A DNA stretch of 37,341 bases, from positions 61,790,628 to 61,827,968 of the forward strand of contig NC_068986.1 in assembly GCF_001194135.2 (NCBI RefSeq), given 5' to 3'. This document shows positions 1-10,830 of this stretch, one piece after another. The translations under genes were made by a program, and so were the position numbers. The notes beneath the pieces were generated by a model. That model did not search any database, was not told the DNA's origin, and saw only the letters and a program-made list of their open reading frames with translations. The first letter of the stretch is position 1. Every line of letters begins with the position of its first letter. This stretch comes from Octopus bimaculoides (Eukaryota).

Positions 1-164
1 GTCTACGCATGCGTGTCCTTCAATGTGTCTGTGTCTTTTGTAAGTGCATGTGTGTATGGGGAGTGTCTGTATCACCTATATACTCTGTTAATACGTGTTC
101 GTTTGTATTTGTTTTTATTTATTTATTTGTTCATGTGTGTGTGTGTGTGTTTTTTTGTTTTTTT

Positions 165-497
165 TTCTGCCATCAATATGTTGAATTTGGTATTGTCCGC
201 AATAGCCGAGTTCTGGTGGATCAGGTATTTGGAGGCCATAGGTTTTGTATAGTGTGAATGGAGGATTCTGGTTTTATTGTTCTTAGTTTCTAGCCAGAGT
301 TCAGTATCTAATACAGGTAATCTATGGTTAGGGTGTTTAGTAGGGTAGTCTATCGTAACTTTAATACTCTGGTGGATGGAGTTAGCTATTTGCTGGATGC
401 TCTCCATAGTCTTAGTTACTATTTCTATTTCAGGGGTACTCTCTTGTGGGGGTGTCTTTACCATTAAGTTGATATCATCGACATATCAAGAGTACAC
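165..497 (-). mobile_element. Penelope-like element reverse transcriptase fragment (inactivated, runs into gap)
   Basis: Minus-strand translation VYS*YVDDINLMVK...LPVLDTELW...HYTKPMASKYLIHQNSA..KFNIL. YVDD is at 485-474, preceded by TGA (488-486) where RYVDD is expected. The LPxLD and YxKP..H..S blocks are typical of the PLE RT palm/thumb. Confidence 0.8.
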
Positions 498-1288
498 NNN
501 NNNNNNNNNNNNNNNNNNNNNNNNNNNNNNNNNNNNNNNNNNNNNNNNNNNNNNNNNNNNNNNNNNNNNNNNNNNNNNNNNNNNNNNNNNNNNNNNNNNN
601 NNNNNNNNNNNNNNNNNNNNNNNNNNNNNNNNNNNNNNNNNNNNNNNNNNNNNNNNNNNNNNNNNNNNNNNNNNNNNNNNNNNNNNNNNNNNNNNNNNNN
701 NNNNNNNNNNNNNNNNNNNNNNNNNNNNNNNNNNNNNNNNNNNNNNNNNNNNNNNNNNNNNNNNNNNNNNNNNNNNNNNNNNNNNNNNNNNNNNNNNNNN
801 NNNNNNNNNNNNNNNNNNNNNNNNNNNNNNNNNNNNNNNNNNNNNNNNNNNNNNNNNNNNNNNNNNNNNNNNNNNNNNNNNNNNNNNNNNNNNNNNNNNN
901 NNNNNNNNNNNNNNNNNNNNNNNNNNNNNNNNNNNNNNNNNNNNNNNNNNNNNNNNNNNNNNNNNNNNNNNNNNNNNNNNNNNNNNNNNNNNNNNNNNNN
1001 NNNNNNNNNNNNNNNNNNNNNNNNNNNNNNNNNNNNNNNNNNNNNNNNNNNNNNNNNNNNNNNNNNNNNNNNNNNNNNNNNNNNNNNNNNNNNNNNNNNN
1101 NNNNNNNNNNNNNNNNNNNNNNNNNNNNNNNNNNNNNNNNNNNNNNNNNNNNNNNNNNNNNNNNNNNNNNNNNNNNNNNNNNNNNNNNNNNNNNNNNNNN
1201 NNNNNNNNNNNNNNNNNNNNNNNNNNNNNNNNNNNNNNNNNNNNNNNNNNNNNNNNNNNNNNNNNNNNNNNNATATATATATATATAT

Positions 1289-1453
1289 GACAGGCTTCCT
1301 TCAGTTTCCGTCTGCCAAATCCACTCATAAGGCTTTGGTCAGACCGAAGCTGTAGTGGAAGATACTTGCCTAAGGTGTCACACAGTGGGACTGAAGCAGG
1401 AACCATGTGGTTGGGAAGCAAGCTTCTTACCACACAGCTATGTCTGCACCTAT
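1289..1453 (-). mobile_element. tRNA-derived SINE with CORE-like central segment and (TA)n tail
   Basis: Reverse strand shows A-box-like TAGCTGTGTGGT, B-box-like GCTTCAGTCCC and CORE-like ACCTTAGGCAAGT, ending in (TA)n at the gap. Confidence 0.7.
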
Positions 1454-1591
1454 ATGGTACATAATATTTTGTTACATATCTGTTTAATTGGTATCTTAGC
1501 AACATGCTTCAGTTAGTCATGCATTTTTCACCATGTCTTCTTCTGATGAAATTCTAACCCCCAGCTTCTTTCCATTTGTAGTGAAACCAAC

Positions 1592-2380
1592 TTGTTTAAC
1601 CTTTCAAGTATGATGGAGAAATTGAAAACCAAGGACGATGCAATTTCTTACTTGCAAGAAAAGGGTGTTATCCCTAAAAGAAAAAAATTATGTACAAAGA
1701 GGCATTATATGAAAATACTTCACAGGAAAATTTTCTGGTGGTGTTCCTCAAAAGGATGCAATAAGTGTCTGTCAGAAAAGATACATGGTTGGAAGGTAGC
1801 ACCCTTCCTCTTGGGACTGTACTGCTTTTCCTTTACTCACAGGTCAAGGAATTGACTTCAGTCCAGTTTTCTGTTGAAGAACTGGGGATGAGCCACTGCA
1901 CAGTTGTTGATTACAACATCTATGTTCATGAAATATGTACAGAGGACCTACTCTACAACCCAGTTTAAATAGGCAGTCCTCGGAAGATTGTTGAGAGTGA
2001 TGAAAGTCTTTTCAAGATAAATAAAAGTGAGGAAGGGTGCTTATTACCTGAGCAGTGGGTTGTGAGACAAAATATATTTTCCTTTGTCATGCCTTGTTGG
2101 AATCATGACATACTAGATGAATGCATACATCAGTCAGTTCTTCTAGAAGTCACAATTGTCAGCGACTTGTGGAGAGCCTGCTCTCACATTCCTGAAATTG
2201 ATGGTTATAATTTTCAACATAGATTAGTGAACCACAGCATTGAGTTTATTAACTGGAAGGTGGTAGCCACACAATAGAAAAAGCACACGGGCCTGTGTAA
2301 AACAAAGGAATAAATGATCCTGTGGGACCCACCATTCTATGATTGACTCATACCTGCAAGTTTATGTAGCTCAGGAGATA
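1592..2380 (+). mobile_element. Merlin (IS1595/ISXO2-like) DDE transposase remnant M1, with stops and frameshifts
   Basis: Motifs AISYLQEKGVIP, SVRKDTWLEGSTLPL, *IGSPRKIVESDESLF (1966-2013), TIVSDLWRA, HRLVNHS and a C-terminal GTHHSMIDSYL-like block. Confidence 0.85.
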
Positions 2381-3346
2381 TGAAAATTTTAAGTTGTTTG
2401 AGAAACTCTTGGAGCATATCTCAAATTTTCATTCTTAAAATTTCACTACAACAATGTATTATTTACATGAATTGACGTTTGTTGTCGTAACATTTTGTAT
2501 TTACTTTATTGTGACAGCTATCACACAAAAAATGCCTGCCCATCTTCCAAATCCTGTTTTCTGATTGGGTAGAAATGATCAAACTTTATATCTCTAATAT
2601 TTTTCTAAAACAAATGAATAACAAAATCAGATTCAGCATGGAAAATTATATCAATATGCCAAATTTGAAAATTTTGACTTAATTTAAAAATTAAAAAAAC
2701 TGTGAGAGCAATAGAAAATATCCAAAATTCCTATGTAGTATAATATAAAAACAAATTTTATATTGAGAAATATATGAACATTTAATTAAATAAATCAGTT
2801 TTCATTTATGTTAAATTAAATAAGACAATTTAAATTCTGCACTTTTCTATCACTTAGATTCTCTCAAATACTTAACTATTTGAAAAGTTTAATGTTGGAA
2901 GTAGTGAAAACCAGGTGTCTACAAACTATTGCTTTCTTTTGGTTAATCTAAAGGTAACTTTTCACAGAGGAAGGTATATAAATTAATCCTAGTATATTAG
3001 TGATACTTATTTTACCAAACCTGTAGCTGAACTCAGTTGTGGCGGACTAGTATCGAAAGATCGCCCTTTCTGATATCTAAGGGTGGATACTGATGTGTAG
3101 AAGTCTGTGTCCAAGTGTAATCCTGGAGAATTGAAGAAGCAAATTCACATTATCATGGCTTACTCATTTTGCCCCAGCTAAATTTGTCCTTTATATGCTC
3201 AAAGAGAACGGTGATAATTTTCTGAAATATGTTATAGTATTTTTAATGCATTTGGAGAAGGTCAATTGCTTAGCTGATGTAGTTTTGCAAGGTATTCAAC
3301 ATTTGTAAAAAAAGTCTATTGCTTACCACCCACCCACCTTGGGGAT

Positions 3347-3487
3347 GGGGGGGGGCAGACAGAGGATCTTTGTGATTTTACTGTATTCGAAGTTTGAAAG
3401 TGTTTCGGTACCAAAAACACTACATAAAACACTACATAAAAAAATGTTGCCCGTAAAATCACAAAGATCCTCTGTCTGCCCCCCCCC
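3347..3487. repeat. Perfect 35-bp inverted repeat with 71-nt spacer (MITE-like)
   Basis: 3347-3381 GGGGGGGGGCAGACAGAGGATCTTTGTGATTTTAC is the exact reverse complement of 3453-3487. The spacer holds a tandem AAAACACTACAT x2. Confidence 0.9.
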
Positions 3488-3489
3488 CC

Positions 3490-3640
3490 AACATCGCTTG
3501 ACAACCGATGCTGGTGTGTTTATATCCCCGTAACCTAGCGGTTTGGCAAAGAAGACCGATAAAATAAGTACTACGGTTCGACTACAGGCGGTGCTCAAGC
3601 ATAGCCGCAGTCAAAATGACTGAAACGATTAAAAGAATAA
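3490..3640 (+). mobile_element. SINE 3' fragment
   Basis: GACCGATAAAATAAGTAC...GGCGGTGCTCAAGCATAGCCGCAGTC..ATGACTGAAAC resembles the tail segments at 8752-8950 (inverted) and 9243-9317. Confidence 0.5.
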
Positions 3641-3678
3641 ATACATATGTGCGAGGGAAAATATGAATGTATTCCCTC

Positions 3679-3755
3679 TTGTTCTAACCAATTAGAACAA
3701 AGTTTGAGCGACACGTGACGTTAGAACATAGGGAGATAATTGTTTTAAAATGGCG
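3679..3755 (+). promoter_or_regulatory. Candidate core-promoter motif cluster
   Basis: CCAAT centred in a 9-bp palindrome (3679-3700), E-box CACGTGAC (3712-3719) overlapping TGACGT, and YY1-like AAAATGGCG (3747-3755). A strong donor AAG|GTAAGT follows at 4059/4060. Motif evidence only. Confidence 0.3.
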
Positions 3756-4929
3756 TGATTTGTATTTTAATCAGGTCAGATATAAAAATGTGTTGTAATT
3801 TTTTTTTTTTACAATTGTATAAAGTATGGACCGTAAAAATGCATTATATACCATTTGTTTTGATTAAAATAAAATTTCTCTAATATATATAATATACTAG
3901 CTATTTCCCAGAAATGATATTTTTATATATATTTGATCGTTGATAATTTAGGATTTATTTGAACTTAGTAAAATGTTCGTTGTATTTATTACAGAAATAA
4001 GATAAGTAAAAGTGAGAACTATTTAAACGACTTTCGAACAACGAACTCGTAGGAATAAGGTAAGTCATATATTCATATTGAGGACAAACTTTTTACTAAT
4101 ACTTTTCTAAGCAGAAATTTATTTACAATACAATTCAACATCTATTATCTACAAGTTTCTTTTCAATAAGTTTAAAACGAAATAAAAAAATTTTTTGACG
4201 TTCAATATCATTTCCGATTGGTTCATTTCAAGGGCACTGACCTAGTTAACTTCGACCTAAAACAGTAAAAAAAAAGTCCGTTATAAGAGAGATTAACTAA
4301 GTAAATTATAAATAGTTTTGTTTTAATGATCATGTTTATATTTTGAAATAAAACTTAGAATTTAACTTTTTTTTTTAATCTTACATTAACAATTACAAAA
4401 AGGACTAACGCCTGTAGGGAAAGAAAATCAACACAGATAACGAAAAAAGTTTGCATTCCATGCAGAAATGAAACCTTCTGCTGTTTCAGGCAGAGCTCTT
4501 CGGTAGAGAAGAAACGAAACGTTAATTATTTGTCTTCTTTTTCTTCGATTGAATTCAAATTTGACGTGGCTGTTTGATTTGTTTTAATAGCGGAAGAAGT
4601 TTACGATGAAATCACATTTGTTCACATGTAAATTGAATCTTTTAAATCTAGGCGAAATTTTGGCACTGTCAGAAGCAAAAGTAGAAAAATCTAAACAATG
4701 AATGTTACTGCTGGTTTGAGTTGAAATCTGTTTCTTTGGCTACTGACTGGCCGGAGCTATCTAGCTATCTATCACTCGTCCACCTTCGTTTGTTTCCGTA
4801 GAATTTATCAAATTAGAAAAAAAAAACTTTTTGGCTACTTCCATCATGCTAGCTCCACACGAGGAGCATATTTTTGGGGTATTTAAAGTCCATGTCTCTT
4901 AAGCCAATTAATACTATTTTCTGTTGTAG

Positions 4930-4945
4930 CGATGGCAATATCGCG
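4930..4945 (+). CDS. Candidate 16-nt ATG-containing microexon (MAISR)
   Basis: TATTTTCTGTTGTAG|CGATGGCAATATCGCG|GTGAGT: consensus acceptor and donor around an ATG at 4932, in a locally CpG-rich patch. Confidence 0.25.
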
Positions 4946-5030
4946 GTGAGTAATTCCAGCTTTGGATTACGCGTGGTGGTGCTGATTGGTGTATGTAATT
5001 TGTTTTTAAAAACAATAATGAATAATGCAA

Positions 5031-5192
5031 AAATATATTTATTTATAAAGTTTAAACTGAACATGAAATGAAATATATTTATTTATAAAGTTTAAACTGA
5101 ATTTCATTTGTTTAAATTCTACGGAAACGCATTTTATAATTTGATAAATTCTACGGAAATGCATTTTCTAATTTGATAAATTCTACGGAAAC
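5031..5192. repeat. Two adjacent short tandem duplications (40-nt period 5031-5101; 32-nt period 5114-5192)
   Basis: AAATATATTTATTTATAAAGTTTAAACTGAA at 5031 and 5071. AAATTCTACGGAAA at 5114, 5146 and 5178. Confidence 0.85.
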
Positions 5193-6514
5193 AAACGAAG
5201 GTGGACGAGTGATAGATAGATAGAGAGAGAGAAAGAGATAGACAGATAGCTCCGGCCAGTCAGTAGCCAAAGAAACAGATTTCAACTCAAACCAGCAGTA
5301 ACATTCCTTGTTTGAATTTTTCTACTTTCATTTCTGACAGCTAATACCATGACAGTGCAGAAATTTTTTGTTGTAATATATATTCAGATATAAAATGTAT
5401 GCTTATATCTATATTTGTCTAATTATTTACAAGCACACACGAATGAAAACATTCTAAAATAATCACCTTTTCACAAACTTTCTATAATCGAAATGCCGGA
5501 AATAAAATCTTTCTCATTCATGTCAACACCAATCAGTTAAGGAGTGATATACTGAATGCTTACACAGTAAATTCTAAAATAAGTGAAATTTCCTTTCGTA
5601 TATTTCCCATCCATCCCAACAAAAAAAAATTTCATGTCGCTTTAAAATTTATGCCATGCCATTTGAGTTATTTCCCTTCGCTCGTATTTTCTCCACATAC
5701 ATAGCTCACTGTACACACATAATCGTTTCGAATCACATTTAAGTTATGTTAGTATCACCTTTGAACTCAGCCTGCTAGAAATAGCAGCTAAATTTCCCTT
5801 AAGTCATACTGTACCACATCAAAAAGAACAGTAAACTCACTTTGTTTAATGTGGTTGGCTTAGTTTGTAACTGGAGCACCCGGGCCGAACTGGGGCTAAT
5901 TACCAAAACACAGTATTGTATTTTCTTCAAGTCATTTGAAAATTATTTTACTTAACTCCTGTATGTGAAAATAGGTAAACATTTCCCTAACAAGGCTCAT
6001 TAATAAAACAAAAAACACTCCACTCCACCCAGAAAACTAGTAAAACGCGTTAAAAAAGATATAACGATCAAAGATAGAAAGTTTATGGATGAGGCCCACA
6101 TTGTATAGTCGTGAAAGAAATTATGCTTCACCTGGAGCGTATTACGTCAACCCGAAACCTAAATTACGAAACCTAAAACCAATTACGAGATTTTTTTTTA
6201 TAAACGCACCGATTCAGCTAAGCCTTAAATTATTTGCTTTGCTTTTTTAACCTATCAGCAATAATTTTCCTTTACACTTTTGAGAATTCTCTTGTTGTTT
6301 TAATTCGATATCTGTGTGTGTACTGTATTTACTTGTGTATAAATAATTATGTGTGTTGGTGTTAAATCCTGGTACAAATTTTTTTCCTTTCATAGTTTTA
6401 GTTTTGCCTCGTGTTTAAGTCGCACTTCAACTAGTGCGAGTTATACACAAGTATATAAATGTCCGCTTTCCCTGCTTACATGAGTTAGACGGGGCGCTAA
6501 TCTAAGTTTTTCAG

Positions 6515-6603
6515 AGTTACTGGTGTTTTAGATTGGTTGGCGGACCGCATCTCGTCCGTATTTACAGTGTACTGGGTGCCTATTATTAAAGTATCAGCAC
6601 TAG
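6515..6603 (+). CDS. Candidate 89-nt internal exon
   Basis: TTTTTCAG|...CACTAG|GTAAGT. Only one frame is open ((R)VTGVLDWLADRISSVFTVYWVPIIKVSAL), and it matches the phase-2 end of the 4930-4945 microexon. No homology recognised. Confidence 0.25.
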
Positions 6604-6682
6604 GTAAGTTCCTTTGATCCCATGTCTCCATTCGCCCACTCGCCAATCACTTTACAGAAAACCCTGGATGGATTTTATTATG

Positions 6683-8700
6683 GGTAAATTTTTACAAATG
6701 CACCCGCACACGGTTCACTAAGAAAAATAAAACCTCGGATTTTTTGCGTGGAATAAAGCAACCTGAACTCCTAATGCCGCAACCCCCTTATTTTTGTTCA
6801 GAAAATAGGTGGGTGGGGATACTTGGACCCCCCTTCTGGAATCATTGGAAAATGCTTTGGTGGACATTGGAATTAGACACTGAGGGAAAATGGCTGTAAC
6901 TTTTTTATTTTTTAAGTTAGTCGATTTTCGTTTTCGATAATGTGTTCTATATGTCCCGGTCATGCGATTCCCCCTAAAACATTTTTTTTGCGATTTCGCC
7001 CCACCCACCCTCGGGGGGGAATTTCATTGTGTTCTACATGTCCAGGTCGTACGAGTAGCCTTCTCGCAACTTAGATATGAAAATGAACGGCTTCAATTTA
7101 TATTGAAACAGAAAAAGGATNNNNNNNNNNNNNNNNNNNNNNNNNNNNNNNNNNNNNNNNNNNNNNNNNNNNNNNNNNNNNNNNNNNNNNNNNNNNNNNN
7201 NNNNNNNNNNNNNNNNNNNNNNNNNNNNNNNNNNNNNNNNNNNNNNNNNNNNNNNNNNNNNNNNNNNNNNNNNNNNNNNNNNNNNNNNNNNNNNNNNNNN
7301 NNNNNNNNNNNNNNNNNNNNNNNNNNNNNNNNNNNNNNNNNNNNNNNNNNNNNNNNNNNNNNNNNNNNNNNNNNNNNNNNNNNNNNNNNNNNNNNNNNNN
7401 NNNNNNNNNNNNNNNNNNNNNNNNNNNNNNNNNNNNNNNNNNNNNNNNNNNNNNNNNNNNNNNNNNNNNNNNNNNNNNNNNNNNNNNNNNNNNNNNNNNN
7501 NNNNNNNNNNNNNNNNNNNNNNNNNNNNNNNNNNNNNNNNNNNNNNNNNNNNNNNNNNNNNNNNNNNNNNNNNNNNNNNNNNNNNNNNNNNNNNNNNNNN
7601 NNNNNNNNNNNNNNNNNNNNNNNNNNNNNNNNNNNNNNNNNNNNNNNNNNNNNNNNNNNNNNNNNNNNNNNNNNNNNNNNNNNNNNNNNNNNNNNNNNNN
7701 NNNNNNNNNNNNNNNNNNNNNNNNNNNNNNNNNNNNNNNNNNNNNNNNNNNNNNNNNNNNNATGTGTGTGTGGGGGGGGTCTCAAAATTTTTTTTAATGG
7801 GGAATCGCATGACCGGGACATATAGAACACATTATCGAAAACGAAAATCGCCTAACTTAAAAAATAAAAAAGTTACAGCCATTTTCCCTCAGTGTCTAAT
7901 TCCAATGTCCACCCAATGTTGGATGAATTACGGTGACCTAATATGCCACAAAAGACTTTTTGTCCAGAAAACATGGGGCAGGGTAGAGTGGAACCCTCGG
8001 AAAATTCACACACACCCCCACACACCCCAATTTAATGGGGATTTTTTTTTGTGTGCAATGAACTATGTTGACCAAATACGCCGCAAGGGGGGAGGGTCGA
8101 TGAATCTTATATATTCCTATAACTGAAACAGGTAAAAGATGTGATGTATAAGAAAGAAAAAAAAACAACAGAAAAGTATAATATTAAAACAAAATAGCAT
8201 TTCATACCTCTTTAAATCAGTAATCCAGGCTGCAGAGTGTTTCAGAAAAAGAAAAATCACTTTAATTAAGTTTTCCCTCCAAAATTAGTTTCATTTTTGC
8301 CTGGGTAGGTTGGAGAATTAGCTTTCTTAATACAAAGGAACTATTTAAAAATATATATCTTAGAGGGGTACATATAATTGGGCTGACTCTTGAAAAAAAT
8401 TGTGGAGGCTAAATCCCCCTCTGACGAAATAGATAAATATCTGGCCAGGTATTGATGCAAATATTTTAACTGAATACCTGGCCTTTTTCTCCATTCTTTT
8501 ATGTTGCTCTACAAACATTCAATGATTTGTCTGTGAATGTATGTGGTCAATAAAACTTTCGGAATGGTTTATCACGTAATGGTGATAGCCCAAACTGCTT
8601 AAATTATTATAGGTAGCCCAAGAATTGCTATAAATAGCAGAGCCAGGTTTGATATATGCCTGGATTGGAATCCGGACAAAAGCTCCACGGTTATTTTTTC
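6683..8700 (-). mobile_element. Merlin element 3' half (transposase C-terminus M2 at 8422-8700 plus long 3' arm and terminus), interrupted by foldback A1
   Basis: Minus frame IQAYIKPGSAIYSNSWATYNNLSSLGYHHYVINHSESFIDH..(frameshift)..IKEWRKRPGIQLKYLHQYLARYL. The terminus GGTAAATTTTTACAAATGCACC.. matches the reverse complement of 12198-12236 at 37/39 positions. Confidence 0.8.
6859..7913. mobile_element. Foldback / long-TIR non-autonomous element A1 (~1.05 kb, centre in gap)
   Basis: 6859-6973 versus 7799-7913 are reverse complements with 1 mismatch in 115. Same family as 27331-28449. Absent from the homologous Merlin arm at 11578-12236. Confidence 0.85.
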
Positions 8701-8755
8701 ATTTTTAGAATTTTTAGTTGAATGTATCAACCCCAGGATTTTTTTTTTTTTTTGC

Positions 8756-9317
8756 TATTAGACTGCAGCCGGAAATGCTGGGGCACCACCTTGAAGAATT
8801 TTTAGATGGCTGTATGGAACCCAGAATTTTTTTAAGCTTGATCAAAACCACTTCTGTGATATAATTCATTTTTTTTTTAACTTGTTGCGGTCATGCTGGG
8901 GCACCACCTTAAGGATTTTTAGTCGATTGTATCGACCCCAGAATTTTTTTTAGATGATTTTGAACCAGTGCATGAAGTTAAGCCTAGAAGGTCTCTCAAC
9001 ATGCTAGAAATNNNNNNNNNNNNNNNNNNNNNNNNNNNNNNNNNNNNNNNNNNNNNNNNNNNNNNNNNNNNNNNNNNNNNNNNNNNNNNNNNNNNNNNNN
9101 NNNNNNNNNNNNNNNNNNNNNNNNNNNNNNNNNNNNNNNNNNNNNNNNNNNNNNNNNNNNNNNNNNNNNNNNNNNNNNNNNNNNNNNNNNNNNNNNNNNN
9201 NNNAAAAGAAAAAGAAAAATGAATCATATCACAGAAGCTTAAAAAATTCTGGGTTCCGTACAGCCATCTAGAGATTCTTCAAGGTGGTGCTTCAGCATGG
9301 CCGGCTGCAGTCTAATA
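8756..9317. repeat. Inverted duplication of a SINE-tail segment (arms ~8756-8878 and ~9210-9317)
   Basis: Both arms share the derived ATGGCTGTA(T/C)GGAACCCAG and CTGCAGCCGG variants that the neighbouring tail copy at 8880-8950 lacks. Confidence 0.75.
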
Positions 9318-9859
9318 ACTACAAGGTCTCTCCAAAAAAAAAATAATAAATTAGGAAATCTTTAATTATATCAGATGTACTTGGAAAATTTCTTTACTAC
9401 TTTTTGAATTTACTTTCCAACTGAATAGAGATATTCAAAAAGTTAATATTCTATTGAAAGAAACAAACATATTAGAAAGTCTACACACAAAACAAAATGA
9501 AATATTTTCTATAGTGAGAGGAGAATGTTTTATGTACCTGGCTTATTGCTTTATTGAAGTTTTATGTCCTTAAGTAGGGGCTGTAGAACAACAAACTAAT
9601 CTGAATAGACTGTATGAAGCAGCAAAGAGTTTTTATTTGTCAAATGCATCAAAAATTAAATGAAAAAGTGAAGCTATTTCAATTTTCTAAAAGTAATAAT
9701 AGGTCTATAATGAATCTTGTATAGCAACAAGATTTAATATGAAGAGTTTTAACTCAACCTATGTCAGTGCTATGATTATATGGTATAATTTGAATATTTT
9801 AATGTTCATATTTGTTTACATTATAAAATTGCAAAACTATGGAATAAAAATTGTGTAGT

Positions 9860-10490
9860 TAAAGCATGTAAATCAAAAAATATAATAGTGGGGCTTTTGT
9901 CCTACACTTGCCTGGATCAGAGGAACCTGTGTCACTTTGTCACGCTATTTATTTATTAGAGGCAGAACGAAACAACGCTTACTGGTTCACTCTATTCCAC
10001 CAAACTTGGCTCAGAATTCAATCCCTCCCATATTTTCGGTGAACAATTAAAGTCTGATCAATTTTGATCTTAATTTATTCTCTGCCAATTGATTCCTGTT
10101 TGCGAAGCCACTTTTCTATTACTTCACAACAGAACTATCTCCAATGTACAGAAGATTTTGATGACAATTCCAGGTTTTCCATTCCTGTGATATGACTCCA
10201 GGAATGGTGTAGAAAGTCATTCACAAAAAGGATAATTTTACACAGACAAATGAAAGAGAAACCCTTGAAAGTCCAATACAGAATAACCACACTGCTGCCG
10301 TTTTTTAGATTTAGTGAGTGTAACTCCTGCATTGCCAGAGATGGTGGTCCTTTCTATACATGCATTCACTCCAACATCTTGGACATATAACAGTAGTAGA
10401 GCACTATGGTTCCGCAAAAATTCAATACTTTTCTGGTCATCCTTAAAAAATTGATGGATGCAACTGTAATATTTCAGGTGACAAGCTGCA
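9860..10490 (-). mobile_element. Merlin transposase remnant M3
   Basis: Minus translation FFKDDQKSIEFLRNH..., WLRKQESIGRE*IKIKIDQTLIVHRKYGR, FGGIE*TSKRCFVLPL, VPLIQAS..TIIFFD, matching Merlin IGG..VEIDE...KYNRG...FGGIE motifs. Confidence 0.75.
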
Positions 10491-10711
10491 CACAACATCA
10501 CTGTTCAGCTTGGTATAATTTATTCGGAAAAGCTTGGCAATCAGAGTTATAACTAAAACTGAAATGCAGCTTTCTTATTTTTGTTTTTCATTTCTTTCTC
10601 TCTCATATAAGTGAAAAGTACATGATTGCTCTTAACTGCATGACATACAGTATGACGCTTATAAAAGAGAATATTTTTCCATTAGAAACTATTTCTTTTC
10701 TCACAAAGCAT

Positions 10712-10825
10712 TTAAGATATATTTTTTCTTAGATAGCTCCTTTGTATGAAGAAAACTCTAATTCTCCAAACTACCTAGACAAAAATGAAACTAATTTTGG
10801 TGGGAAAACTTAGATTAAAGTGATT
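10712..10825 (+). repeat. Third, partial copy of the Merlin 3'-arm sequence
   Basis: CTTTGTATGAAGAAAAC..AATTCTCCAA..CCTAGACAAAAATGAAACTAATTTTGG matches 11640-11725 and the reverse complement of 8260-8365. Confidence 0.75.
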
Positions 10826-10830
10826 ACATG

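Larger units (their letters stand above)
4655..5366. repeat. Long inverted repeat (arms 4655-4820 and 5164-5366, 343-nt spacer)
   Basis: Arms align as reverse complements. The right arm has a GA/GATA microsatellite expansion and a 15-nt insertion. Confidence 0.85.

Noticed and set aside
6490-6600. miRNA-like precursor
   Set aside because: Only a short GGCGGAC/GTCCGT stem forms and no known mature sequence was recognised.
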